Positions 9,274-19,012 of a DNA stretch of 64,000 nt are shown piece by piece. Source of the DNA: Novosphingobium sp. (GTDB lineage: Bacteria; Pseudomonadota; Alphaproteobacteria; Sphingomonadales; Sphingomonadaceae); NCBI RefSeq assembly GCF_041915465.1, contig NZ_JAYSBK010000004.1, positions 13,559 through 77,558 of the forward strand, read 5' to 3'. The stretch's first letter is position 1, and every line of letters begins with the position of its first letter. A model generated the notes under the pieces. It was not told the DNA's origin. It made no database searches and saw only the letters and a program-made list of their open reading frames with translations. The position numbers and the translations under genes are program-made.

Positions 9274-10986
9274 ATGGAGCAGGGAATGATTGAAGATCGG
9301 CACTCAGCGCAGGTGCTGATCGTTGGCGGTGGCATGGTGGGTATGATCGCGGCGCTGGATCTGGCGCAACGCGGGGTGGATGTCATACTCGCCGAGCAGG
9401 ACTCCTCCGAGCCACCCATGGTCCCGCGCGCAAATCACTTGTCGGCGCGGACAATGGAGATTTTCCGTGGTCTCGGTATCGCGGACAAGGTTCGCAGCCA
9501 GGGTCTGCCGGACGGCTTCGCCAATGATGTGGCGTTTGTGACGACCCTAACCGGATACGAGCTTGCACGCCTTCGCATTCCCAGTCGGCGCAAGCGCTTT
9601 AACAGCATCGGCTATATTGATTCCGACTGGCCGACATCCGAACCGGCGCATCGTTGCAACCAGATGTATTTCGAGCCGACGGTTCGCCAGGAAGTCATCG
9701 GCAATCCCCGAATTCGCACGCTCTTTGGGACACGAATCGATAACTTCGAACAGGACGCCGCGGCGGTGTTCGCAACGGGGCGCAATGATGCTGAGAGGAA
9801 GGCGGTTAGCATCCGCGCCGACTACGTGATCGGATGCGATGGTGGCAGCTCGACGGTGCGCAAGAAGATCGGAGGGGTCTTCGAAGGCGTTGACGTCATT
9901 TCCCGCAATCGCATGGCCTTGGTGCGTTCGCCCGAGTTGCTTGGGCGGCTTACTATGGAGCCGGCCTGGATGACTTGGTTCATCCTGCCCGAGGGGCATG
10001 GTTCGGTTCACGCCATCGACGGTAAGGAACTGTGGTGCTTCCACTGCACGCTGCCCGAAGGCGAAGAGGACTTCGAGAAGCTGGATCGCGACAAGGTGAT
10101 CCGGGCGGCGATGGGGCAGGACATACCCTATGAAATCGTTCATACTGAGGACTGGTTCGGCCGCCGCCTGATTTCGGACAGGTTTTCCGATGGTCGCATT
10201 TTCCTGAGCGGCGATGCCTCGCATATCTGGATCCCCATGGCGGGCTACGGCATGAATGCCGGCGTTTCCGACGTCACCAACCTGACGTGGAAGCTGGCGG
10301 CCGTGCTCGATGGCTGGGCCGATCCGGCGATCCTCGACAGCTATGCGGTCGAGCGTCGGCCAGTTACCGAGCAGGTCTCAAAGTTCGTGGCCAACATCGC
10401 CTACGAGAATTACGACGTGGACTTGCGGCAGAACCCGCCGCCGGAACTCTATGAGGACAGTGTCGAGGGTGAAGCAGTGCGCGCCGAGGCGTCGCGCTTC
10501 CTGACCGACGCAAACATGGGCCAGTTCAACTGTCCGGGGCTCAATTTCGGCGCGGTTTACGAAGGATCGTCGATCATCGTCCCCGACGGCGAGGCCCCGC
10601 CGCCGTTCGAGCTGGGCACCTACACGCCCACGACCATCCCCGGATGCCGCACGCCCCATTTTACGCTGGCCGACGGCACGCCGCTCTATGACCGGATGGG
10701 GCCGGGCTATACGCTGCTGCGAACCGATCCCGCCATTGACGTCGCAGCGCTTGTTGCTGCGGCCGAGGCGCGGAGCGTTCCGCTGACCGTGCTGGATATT
10801 TCCGCTGGTGCCGCCGATGGTGCCTATGCGCACAAGCTCGTCCTTTCACGGCCGGACCAATACGTCGCCTGGCGTGGCAATGCCCTGCCCGACGACGTGA
10901 TGGCGCTCGTCGATGTCGTTCGCGGCGTCGTTCCGGCCAATGGCGGAGCCGGACGCAAAGCGGCCCTGGTGGCCACGGCTGGCTGA
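9274..10986 (+). CDS. Single-component FAD-dependent aromatic monooxygenase (PheA/TfdB/RdmE-like, group A)
   Basis: [10 protein letters not shown] Rossmann motif, [28 protein letters not shown] and C-terminal RPDQYVAWR thioredoxin-like domain. Confidence 0.9.
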   Translation: MEQGMIEDRHSAQVLIVGGGMVGMIAALDLAQRGVDVILAEQDSSEPPMVPRANHLSARTMEIFRGLGIADKVRSQGLPDGFANDVAFVTTLTGYELARLRIPSRRKRFNSIGYIDSDWPTSEPAHRCNQMYFEPTVRQEVIGNPRIRTLFGTRIDNFEQDAAAVFATGRNDAERKAVSIRADYVIGCDGGSSTVRKKIGGVFEGVDVISRNRMALVRSPELLGRLTMEPAWMTWFILPEGHGSVHAIDGKELWCFHCTLPEGEEDFEKLDRDKVIRAAMGQDIPYEIVHTEDWFGRRLISDRFSDGRIFLSGDASHIWIPMAGYGMNAGVSDVTNLTWKLAAVLDGWADPAILDSYAVERRPVTEQVSKFVANIAYENYDVDLRQNPPPELYEDSVEGEAVRAEASRFLTDANMGQFNCPGLNFGAVYEGSSIIVPDGEAPPPFELGTYTPTTIPGCRTPHFTLADGTPLYDRMGPGYTLLRTDPAIDVAALVAAAEARSVPLTVLDISAGAADGAYAHKLVLSRPDQYVAWRGNALPDDVMALVDVVRGVVPANGGAGRKAALVATAG

Positions 10987-11000
10987 AGCGGAGAAAAGCA

Positions 11001-12011
11001 ATGGGCAACAATCCCAAACTTCGGATCGAGGCCGAGGGCATCAACGGTCTCTGGCCGATCCTGTGCACGCCGGCGAAGGACAATGCGCCGGACTGGTCGC
11101 AGAGCGATACGGTCGACCTCGACGAGACGGCCCGCGTGGTCGAGGCGCTGATCGAAGCGGGCGTCGACGGGCTGCTGAGTCTCGGCACCTACGGCGAAGC
11201 GCACAGCCTCCTCTGGGAGGAAAAGAAGGCCCTTGTCGGCTGCATCCTGGAGACGATCCGGGGGCGCATTCCCTTCTTTGCCGGATCGACGGCGCTCAAC
11301 ACGCGCGAAGTGGTCGCCCAGACGCGTGCGTTCCACGACATGGGCGTCACCGGGACCATGCTCGGCGTGCCGATGTGGTGCAAGGCCGACGTGCCGACCG
11401 CCGTGCGCTTCTATCGGGACGTGACCGAGGCCTGCCCGGATACCGCGTTGGCGATCTATGCGAACAGCGAGGCGTTCAAGTTCGAGTTCGGCCGGCCGTT
11501 CTGGGCCGAGATCGGCAAACTGCCACAGGCAGTCGCGACCAAGTATCTCGGCATCGGGATGCTCGCGACCGATCTCGAACTCGCACCGCGCCTGCGCTTC
11601 CTACCGACCGAAGCCGATTACTATGCCGCCGCGCGGATTGATCCCGAACGGATCACGGCGTTCTGGTCGAGTGGCGCGTTGTGCGGTCCGGCGACGCAAC
11701 TGGCGCTGCGCGACCGCGTCGCGGATGCCAGGCGCACTGGCGACTGGGCACCGGCCAAGGCCGTGGCGGACAAGATCCGCGCGGCCGACGACGGCCTGTT
11801 CCCGAACGGCAGCTTCGCGGACTTTTCCAAGTACAATGTCGGGCTCGAGAAGGGGCGGATGAACGCTGCCGGCTGGATGAAGGCCGGTCCCTCGCGCCCG
11901 CCCTATCATGTCGTACCCGAAGCTTATCTGGAAGGCGCGCAGCGCTCGGGGCGGGCCTTCGCGGCGTTGCACGCGGAGTTCTCGGCGCAAACGGCGGCCG
12001 AACTGGCATGA
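11001..12011 (+). CDS. nahE: trans-o-hydroxybenzylidenepyruvate hydratase-aldolase-like protein (NahE/DHDPS family), copy 1
   Basis: [23 protein letters not shown] and Schiff-base Lys in ATKY. Confidence 0.88.
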   Translation: MGNNPKLRIEAEGINGLWPILCTPAKDNAPDWSQSDTVDLDETARVVEALIEAGVDGLLSLGTYGEAHSLLWEEKKALVGCILETIRGRIPFFAGSTALNTREVVAQTRAFHDMGVTGTMLGVPMWCKADVPTAVRFYRDVTEACPDTALAIYANSEAFKFEFGRPFWAEIGKLPQAVATKYLGIGMLATDLELAPRLRFLPTEADYYAAARIDPERITAFWSSGALCGPATQLALRDRVADARRTGDWAPAKAVADKIRAADDGLFPNGSFADFSKYNVGLEKGRMNAAGWMKAGPSRPPYHVVPEAYLEGAQRSGRAFAALHAEFSAQTAAELA

Positions 12012-12074
12012 AGACGAAAGATCGCACGGGCGCGGTTGTGCCCTGGCGGGGTGTCGCGGGGAGGGGAAAGAGGA

Positions 12075-13127
12075 ATGTCCGCAGTTCTCGATAACGACCG
12101 CAAGGCGCAACTGGCCGGGCTGTATGAAGAAATGCAGCCCGACCATCTCTTCCCCCTGTGGGAAGTGCTGGCGAAGCTGGTCGTCCCCGAGCCGCAATCG
12201 CCGGCCATGCCGGCCCGGTGGTCCTATGAAACGATCAGGCGCTTCCTGCTGCGTTCGGGCGACCTGATTTCGGCCGAGGAGGCCGAACGGCGCGTGTTGA
12301 TCCTCGAGAATCCGGGGCTGCCGGGGCAGTCGGCGATCACGCCGCGACTCTATGCCGGCCTGCAACTGATCCTGCCCGGCGAAATCGCGCCCTGCCACCG
12401 GCACAGCCAGTCGGCGCTGCGCTTCGTGATGGAAGGCGAGGGCGCCTATACGGCCGTGGACGGCGAGAAGGCGTTCATGAATCGCTTCGACCTGATCCTC
12501 ACGCCCAACGGCCGCTGGCACGACCATGGGCACCCCGGCAACAAGCCGATGATCTGGCTCGACGGGCTCGACATCCCGATCGTGCGCTACCTCGACGCCG
12601 GCTTTTCCGATCGTCTCGACCAGCCGAGCTTTCCCGAAAGCGCGCCGCCCGCGAGCACGCAGATGCACTATGGCCGCAACATGCGCCCGGTTCGCTCGAT
12701 GGCCGCCGCCGACAAAGCGCCCGACGTGCCCTTGTTCCACTATCCTTACGCGCAATGGTCCGAGGCGCTTGCCGCCGTCTCGGCGCATGACGCACCCGAT
12801 CCTTGGCTCGGCCACGCGCTCGAATTTCTCAACCCGGCCGATGGCGGACCGGTGATGGCGACCGTCTCGGTCGGTGTGCGGCTGATCCCGGCGGGCTTCG
12901 AGACCGGCCTGCGGCGCTCGACCGAAGGCGCCGTCTACGTCGTGGTCGAGGGGGCGGGACAGGTCGAGGTGGACGGCACGGCCATCGAACTGGCCGCTGG
13001 CGACATCGTCGTCGTGCCGAGCTGGTGCGCCGCGCGCTGGCAGGCGCGCCAGCAGCTCGTGCTGTTCACCTATTCCGATCGCGGCGTGCTGGAAAAGCTC
13101 AAACTCTACAAGGAAGCCCTTGCATGA
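12075..13127 (+). CDS. gtdA: Gentisate 1,2-dioxygenase (bicupin)
   Basis: AERRVLILENPG, APCHRHSQSALRF, WHDHG and WLDGLDIP motifs. Confidence 0.92.
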   Translation: MSAVLDNDRKAQLAGLYEEMQPDHLFPLWEVLAKLVVPEPQSPAMPARWSYETIRRFLLRSGDLISAEEAERRVLILENPGLPGQSAITPRLYAGLQLILPGEIAPCHRHSQSALRFVMEGEGAYTAVDGEKAFMNRFDLILTPNGRWHDHGHPGNKPMIWLDGLDIPIVRYLDAGFSDRLDQPSFPESAPPASTQMHYGRNMRPVRSMAAADKAPDVPLFHYPYAQWSEALAAVSAHDAPDPWLGHALEFLNPADGGPVMATVSVGVRLIPAGFETGLRRSTEGAVYVVVEGAGQVEVDGTAIELAAGDIVVVPSWCAARWQARQQLVLFTYSDRGVLEKLKLYKEALA

Positions 13128-13819
13128 CCCTTCTGTTCGCGCCGCCGCCGCCGGTTCTCGTGCCGACCTCCGACGGGCATGACTATCCCGTTCGGCGCAT
13201 ATTCTGCGTAGGCCGCAACTATGCGGAGCACGCCCGCGAGATGGGATTCGATCCCGATCGCGAGCCGCCGTTCTTCTTCACCAAGTGGGCCGAGACCGTG
13301 GTCCTGTCGGACGCTGCCGTGCCCTATCCGCAGGCGACGTCGGACTTCCAGCACGAAGTCGAACTGGTGGTGGCGATCGGGAGCAGCGGTCGCGACATTC
13401 CCGTCGATGCGGCGCTCGACCACGTCTGGGGCTATGCCGTCGGGCTCGACATGACCCGGCGCGATCTGCAGATGGCCGCGCGCGCCAAGGGGCGGCCCTG
13501 GGATACCGGCAAGAACGTCGAGGCGTCCTCGCCGATCGGCACGCTACATCCGCGCGCCGCGCTCGGCGATGCGGCGAGCGGCACCATTGGCTTGACTGTC
13601 AACGGTGCGGTCCGCCAGAGAGCCGATCTTTCCATGCTGATCTGGAGCGTGCCCGAGGTCGTGGCCTTCCTGTCCGGCCTGTACCGGCTCGAGCCGGGAG
13701 ACCTGATCTATACCGGTACGCCCGCCGGTGTCGCGCCGGTGGTTGCCGGCGACGTGCTCGAAGCCAGCATTGCCGGCCTTGCACCGTTGCGCGTCACGAT
13801 AGCCCCCCCCGCGCCATGA
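13124..13819 (+). CDS. Fumarylpyruvate hydrolase (FAH family, NagK-like)
   Basis: RRIFCVGRNYAEH, HEVELV, DMTRRDLQ and DLIYTGTPAGV motifs. Confidence 0.9.
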   Translation: MTLLFAPPPPVLVPTSDGHDYPVRRIFCVGRNYAEHAREMGFDPDREPPFFFTKWAETVVLSDAAVPYPQATSDFQHEVELVVAIGSSGRDIPVDAALDHVWGYAVGLDMTRRDLQMAARAKGRPWDTGKNVEASSPIGTLHPRAALGDAASGTIGLTVNGAVRQRADLSMLIWSVPEVVAFLSGLYRLEPGDLIYTGTPAGVAPVVAGDVLEASIAGLAPLRVTIAPPAP

Positions 13820-14469
13820 CAGGGCCAGTCGCCAACGGCGCCTTGACGCTGCACGGCTATTTCCGGTCGAGCGCTTCGTGGCGCGTGCGGATCGCGCTGG
13901 GCCTGAAGGGGCTGGCCTACGAGCAGCGGACATATCGGTTGCGCGAAGACGATCACCGCAGCGCGGAATTCCTCTCGATCAACCCGCAAGGGCTTGTGCC
14001 GGCCCTTGAGGTTGGTGGGATGGTGCTGACCCAGTCGCTCGCGATTTGCGAATATCTGGATGAGGCGGTGCCCGAACCGCCGCTGCTTCCTGACGGACTC
14101 GTCGAGCGAGCGCTGGTGCGGGCCTTCGCCCAGGTGATCGCATGCGACATTCATCCGGTGCAGAATCTCAAAATTCTGCGCCGACTCAGTTCGCTCTGCG
14201 TTGACGATGCGGCGGTGCAGGGCTGGGCGCGCGACGTCATCGGCGACGGACTGGAGGTTTGCCTGCGCCTTCTGCCCCGGGAACGCGGGCGCTTCTGCTT
14301 CGGCGACTCGCCAACGCTCGCGGACATCTGCCTAATTCCGCAGATGGCAAATGCACGGCGCTTTGGTGTCGAAATGATCTGGCCCGCTCTCGAGAGCATC
14401 GAACAGCATTGCATGGCGCTGCCTGCCTTCGCCGATGCCGTTCCCGGTCAACAACCAGATTGCGAATAA
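13816..14469 (+). CDS. maiA: Maleylpyruvate/maleylacetoacetate isomerase (GST zeta, NagL-like)
   Basis: YFRSSASWRVRIAL, NPQGLVP and CDIHPVQN motifs. Confidence 0.92.
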   Translation: MTGPVANGALTLHGYFRSSASWRVRIALGLKGLAYEQRTYRLREDDHRSAEFLSINPQGLVPALEVGGMVLTQSLAICEYLDEAVPEPPLLPDGLVERALVRAFAQVIACDIHPVQNLKILRRLSSLCVDDAAVQGWARDVIGDGLEVCLRLLPRERGRFCFGDSPTLADICLIPQMANARRFGVEMIWPALESIEQHCMALPAFADAVPGQQPDCE

Positions 14470-14529
14470 TATCAAGCCATAACGATATATTACGAATCTG
14501 TCGGGGCAGCTGGGCATCGAGAAAAATAT

Positions 14530-14594
14530 GTCAGGAAACCATATGGTCAGGTAACCTTTCTATATTGACGAAAGGACCGGAACTGGGGTAATCT
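14530..14594 (+). promoter_or_regulatory. Promoter with operator upstream of the meta-cleavage operon
   Basis: GTCAGGAAACC (14530) and ATGGTCAGGTAACCTTTCTAT (14543-14563) directly before TTGACG (14565)-N18-TAATCT. Confidence 0.65.
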
Positions 14595-14662
14595 TGAACA
14601 GTAGGAAAGCCGCCCTGGCTCGCATTGGAGCCGACAAGAACAAGGGCGGACGCTGGAGGAGG

Positions 14663-14956
14663 ATGGCTGTGAGCAGCTATACGATTGAGAGCATTCTCTT
14701 TTCCCTGCAGTCGGATCCAGACTTCATGGCGCGGTTCAAGGCCGATCCTGAAGCCTCGATTCGCGACTATCCGCTGCGCGACGACGAAAGACAGGCGATC
14801 CTCGATTGGGACGTGCGGGCGATGTCGGATGCCGGCGTCAGCGCCATGTTGCTGATGGTCGCCTTTACCGCGCTCAACGGCCAGCAGGCGATGCCTGACT
14901 ACATGCGGCGCATGAACATGCCCCCCTTGCGGCAGATCGCCAGCGTAACGGCATAA
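14663..14956 (+). CDS. LigA-like small (alpha) subunit of a class III extradiol dioxygenase
   Basis: 97 aa; RFKADPEASIRDYPLRDDERQAILDWDVRAM..GVSAMLL matches the LigA pattern; directly upstream of the LigB-like gene; RBS GGAGGAGG. Confidence 0.8.
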   Translation: MAVSSYTIESILFSLQSDPDFMARFKADPEASIRDYPLRDDERQAILDWDVRAMSDAGVSAMLLMVAFTALNGQQAMPDYMRRMNMPPLRQIASVTA

Positions 14957-14982
14957 GAATAAGGCGGAGAAGGAAACGGGAA

Positions 14983-15816
14983 ATGGCTCAGATCGTCGGT
15001 GGCTTCATTATGCCGCATGCACCCCACTCGGTGGCGACGCCACCGGCCCCGCCGCCGCAAGATAAGTTGGAAGCGTGCCAAGCGGCATTCGATCGGGTCA
15101 AGGAGCGCATACGGGAACTGGAGGTCGATACCGTCATCGTCATCGGTGATGACCATTACACTTTGCATGGCCCACACTGCATTCCGTCGGTCCTGATCGG
15201 GATTGGCGACGTATCTGGGCCGGTTGAACCATGGCTCGATGTACCGCGCGTACCGATCGTGAACAACGAACCGCTGGCGCGTCACATCATGAGTCATGGC
15301 CACAATCATGGTGTGGACTGGGCCTACGCGAAGTCGATGGTTCTTGATCACAGTTGCTATGTTCCATGGCATCACGCGATCCGCGGACTGGACGGCATCA
15401 GCATGATCCCAGTCTATCTAAACGCGGGCGTCGATCCGCTGATCCCGACGCGCCGGTGCTACGAAGTCGGTCAGGCAGTTGCTCGCGCTGTTGCCGAATA
15501 TGAAGGCGCGGACCGGGTCGCGATCTACGGTACTGGCGGCATGAGCCACTGGCCAGGAATGGCGCGGATGGGGCAAGTCAACGAGGAATGGGATCGCCAT
15601 CTCGTCGAATTGATCCGGGGCGGCGACGTCGAGGCGCTGATCGCACTGTCCGATCAGGCAATCCTTGCCGACGGCGGCAACGGCGGGCTCGAGCTGAAGA
15701 ACTGGGTTTGTGCGATGGGCGCCTTCGGCGAATGCACCGGCGACATCATCGCCTATCAGGCGATGTATGAATGGGTGTGCGGTTGCGCCTGGGCGGAACT
15801 GAAGGAGGCCGCATGA
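14983..15816 (+). CDS. Class III (LigB-family) extradiol ring-cleavage dioxygenase, PhnC-like
   Basis: MPH, GDDH, LDHS, GTGGMSHWPG and GGLELKNW metal and catalytic motifs. Confidence 0.9.
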   Translation: MAQIVGGFIMPHAPHSVATPPAPPPQDKLEACQAAFDRVKERIRELEVDTVIVIGDDHYTLHGPHCIPSVLIGIGDVSGPVEPWLDVPRVPIVNNEPLARHIMSHGHNHGVDWAYAKSMVLDHSCYVPWHHAIRGLDGISMIPVYLNAGVDPLIPTRRCYEVGQAVARAVAEYEGADRVAIYGTGGMSHWPGMARMGQVNEEWDRHLVELIRGGDVEALIALSDQAILADGGNGGLELKNWVCAMGAFGECTGDIIAYQAMYEWVCGCAWAELKEAA

Positions 15817-16427
15817 CCGACATTGTCTTCTATTTCGATTTCGGCAGTCCCTACGCCTATTTCGCCCGGCACAAGCTGGTCGAGATCGCCGCGCGGCATG
15901 GCTGCGGGATCGACTATCGTCCGATCGACCTGAAGCGCGCGAAGCTGGAGAGCGGTAACAATGGCCCGCCGACGGTGGCAATCCCCAACAAGCTGGCTTT
16001 CGCGAACAGGGATTTCGCGCGCTGGGCCGAACGGTATGGGGTGCCGTTCAAGTCGATCGGCGGGATCGAGGGCGTGCGCGAGCTCAATATCGGCGCGCTT
16101 TATGCGCTGAACCGGGGGCAGGGCGCGGCCTATATCGAACGTGTATTCGATCATTGCTGGGGCCATGGCGGCCGGCCGGACGACCAGGCATTCGTGGCCG
16201 GGCTGATCGCCGACATGGGCTGGGATGCCGACGATTTCCGCGCTTTCGTGGCCAGCGACGCGGCTGCCGCGAAGTACGAGAGCGTATTCCAGCTTGCCGT
16301 GGCCGATCACGTGTTCGGCGTGCCCGCTTTCGTGATCGGCGACGAGCTGTGGTGGGGCAACGACCGGCTGTTCATGGTCGACGAATACCTCGCCGAACGG
16401 GCGCCAGCGGTTCAGGCCGCCGGGTAA
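15813..16427 (+). CDS. nahD: 2-hydroxychromene-2-carboxylate isomerase (GST-kappa/DsbA family)
   Basis: FYFDFGSPYAYF, VFGVPAF and WWGNDRL motifs. Confidence 0.9.
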   Translation: MTDIVFYFDFGSPYAYFARHKLVEIAARHGCGIDYRPIDLKRAKLESGNNGPPTVAIPNKLAFANRDFARWAERYGVPFKSIGGIEGVRELNIGALYALNRGQGAAYIERVFDHCWGHGGRPDDQAFVAGLIADMGWDADDFRAFVASDAAAAKYESVFQLAVADHVFGVPAFVIGDELWWGNDRLFMVDEYLAERAPAVQAAG

Positions 16428-16443
16428 CATTCTGGAGAATGCA

Positions 16444-17448
16444 ATGACGAAGCGCCTTCGCGCCCCTGCCGACATCAATGGCGTCTGGGCCATCATTCCG
16501 ACGCCGGCCACGCCCGATGCGGGGGATTGGCGCGCGACCGACACGGTCGACGTCGACGAGACCGCGCGCATTGTCGAACTGCTGATCGAGGGCGGCATCA
16601 GCGGCATCCTCTCGATGGGAACGCTCGGCGAGTGCGCGACGCTGACCTGGCCGGAAAAGCAGAAGTTCATGGCGGCGCTGGTGGAATCGGCGCGCGGACG
16701 CGTGCCGGTCTTTGTCGGCACGACCGCGAGCAATACGCGCGATACGATCGAGCAGTCGCGCTATGCCTATGACCTTGGCGCCGATGGCACGATGCTGGGC
16801 CTGCCGCATTGGTGTGCGATCTCGTTGCCCAACGCCGTGCAGTTCTATCGCGACGTTGCCGAGGGCGTTCCCGACCTCAACATCGCCGTCTACGCCAATG
16901 TCGAGGCGTTCAAGTTCGACTTCCCGACGCACTTCTGGGCGCAGATCGCCGACATCCCGCAAGTCGTGACGGCCAAGTACAGCGGCCCCGCCACCCTGCT
17001 GCAGGATCTCCACGCGGTGCAGGGCAAGATCAAGTTCCTGCCCAACGAATACGCCTATTACGGTTGCGCGCGCATGGACGACCGGATCGACTCGTTCTGG
17101 TCGAGCGGCGCGGTCTGCGGTCCCAACGTCGCGATCAGGCTCTACGATCTTGTCGCCGAAGCGCGGCGCACGGGCGACTGGAGCGCGGCGCAGGCCTTCG
17201 CCGGACGGCTGGGGCCTTCGGGAGCAGTGCTGTTCCCCGAAGGCAGCTTCAAGATCTTCTCGACCTACAACATCGCGCTCGAGAAGGTCCGCATGGCGGC
17301 GGGCGGGCTGATCAATCCCGGCCCGGTGCGCCCGCCCTATCGCATCACGCCCGAGCCCTATCTGCAGGGCGCGCGCCGCTCCGGCGAAATGTGGGCGGAA
17401 ATCTCGAAGAGTCTGATTGCCGACGAACAGACCGTCGCGGCTGAGTGA
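16444..17448 (+). CDS. nahE: trans-o-hydroxybenzylidenepyruvate hydratase-aldolase, copy 2
   Basis: GVWAIIPTPA, GTLGECATL, YANVEAFKF and TAKY; follows nahD. Confidence 0.9.
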   Translation: MTKRLRAPADINGVWAIIPTPATPDAGDWRATDTVDVDETARIVELLIEGGISGILSMGTLGECATLTWPEKQKFMAALVESARGRVPVFVGTTASNTRDTIEQSRYAYDLGADGTMLGLPHWCAISLPNAVQFYRDVAEGVPDLNIAVYANVEAFKFDFPTHFWAQIADIPQVVTAKYSGPATLLQDLHAVQGKIKFLPNEYAYYGCARMDDRIDSFWSSGAVCGPNVAIRLYDLVAEARRTGDWSAAQAFAGRLGPSGAVLFPEGSFKIFSTYNIALEKVRMAAGGLINPGPVRPPYRITPEPYLQGARRSGEMWAEISKSLIADEQTVAAE

Positions 17449-17467
17449 AGCACAGGAAAGGCAGATC

Positions 17468-18982
17468 ATGTCCGAAGTCATGGAACAGAAGGCCCCGGCC
17501 GCAGCGAACCCCTTCCAGGCCGAATACGGCCACCTGATCGGCGGCCAGTGGGTCGGTGGTTCGAGCGGCAAGCTGATCGACCAGTTCAACCCGGCGACCG
17601 GGCAGTTGCTCGGCCGGATCCAGGCGGGCAGCGTCGAGGATGCCCGCCGAGCGGTCCAGGCGGCAGCCGATGCCTTCCCGGCATGGTCGAAGACCTCGGC
17701 GGCGGAACGCCAGGCGATCCTGTTCGAAATGCTCCGCCGGCTGAAGGCGCGGGAAGCCGATTTCGCGCGCATGGAAACGCTCGGCAATGGCAAGCACATC
17801 GTCGAATCGACGCACTTCGACCTGGCGATGACCATCGACACGTTCGAATATTTCGCCGGTACGCCGTTCCTTGCCAACAGCGGCGACCTCGAGGCGACGA
17901 AGGACTACACGGCGATGATCTTCCGCCAGCCGATTGGCGTGTGCGCGCAGATCATCCCCTGGAACGTCCCGCTGCTGATGATGTCGATGAAGATCGCTCC
18001 GGCGCTGGCCTGCGGCAACACCGTGGTGCTCAAGCCTGCCGAAACGACCTCGCTGTCGGTGCTCGAGTTCTTCCGCGAAATGGAGGATCTCATCCCGCCC
18101 GGCGTGATCAACGTGCTGACCGGTTACGGCTCGGAGATCGGCGAGGCGCTGGTCACCAATCCGACGGTGCGCAAGGTTGCATTCACCGGCTCGACCATGA
18201 CCGGCCGCAAGATCATCGAATACGCTTCGAAGAACATCATTCCCCAGACGCTCGAGCTAGGCGGGAAGTCGGCGCAGATCGTCTGCAAGTCGGCCAATAT
18301 CGACGCCGCCGTCGAAGGCGTGACGGCCTCGACGGTGTTCAACAAGGGCGAGGTGTGCCTGGCTGGGTCGCGCGTTTTCGTGCACGAGGCGGTGCGCGAC
18401 GAGTTCGTCGAGAAGCTGGTCGCGCAGATCCGCAAGATCCGCATCGGCGATCCGCTCGAGTGGAGTACGCAGCTTGGCGCGATGGCCTCGAAGGCCCAGT
18501 TCGAAAAGGTCAGTTCCTACCTCGACCTGGCGCAGGAGGAAGGCGCGGTGGCGCTGACCGGCGGCAGGCCCGCAGCGGTCGAGGGGCAGGAGCAGGGCTA
18601 TTTCATCGAGCCGACCATCCTCGACAACGTCAACAACCAGATGCGCGTCGCGCGCGAGGAGATCTTCGGCCCCGTCACCAGCCTGCTGACCTGGTCGGAC
18701 GAGGGCGACGTCGTGCGTCAGGCCAACGATTCGCCGTTCGGTCTGGGCGGCGGCGTGTGGAGCCGCGACATCACCGAGGCCAATCGCATTGCGCGCGGGC
18801 TCGACACCGGCTGCGTCTGGATCAACCGCTACTACAACATGAAGTCGGGCATCCCGATCGGCGGTTTCAAGATGAGCGGCTTCGGACGCGAAGGATCGCG
18901 CGAAGTGCTGCAGCACTACACCATTTGCAAGTCCGTCGTGATGAGCACGGACGACGAACCCATGGGTATTTTCGCTCACTGA
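17468..18982 (+). CDS. NAD-dependent aromatic aldehyde dehydrogenase
   Basis: IIPWNVP, FTGST, LELGGKS, catalytic FNKGEVC and EEIFGPV motifs. Confidence 0.93.
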   Translation: MSEVMEQKAPAAANPFQAEYGHLIGGQWVGGSSGKLIDQFNPATGQLLGRIQAGSVEDARRAVQAAADAFPAWSKTSAAERQAILFEMLRRLKAREADFARMETLGNGKHIVESTHFDLAMTIDTFEYFAGTPFLANSGDLEATKDYTAMIFRQPIGVCAQIIPWNVPLLMMSMKIAPALACGNTVVLKPAETTSLSVLEFFREMEDLIPPGVINVLTGYGSEIGEALVTNPTVRKVAFTGSTMTGRKIIEYASKNIIPQTLELGGKSAQIVCKSANIDAAVEGVTASTVFNKGEVCLAGSRVFVHEAVRDEFVEKLVAQIRKIRIGDPLEWSTQLGAMASKAQFEKVSSYLDLAQEEGAVALTGGRPAAVEGQEQGYFIEPTILDNVNNQMRVAREEIFGPVTSLLTWSDEGDVVRQANDSPFGLGGGVWSRDITEANRIARGLDTGCVWINRYYNMKSGIPIGGFKMSGFGREGSREVLQHYTICKSVVMSTDDEPMGIFAH

Positions 18983-19012
18983 ACCGCGGGTTCCATCGAA
19001 AGGATCTGATTG

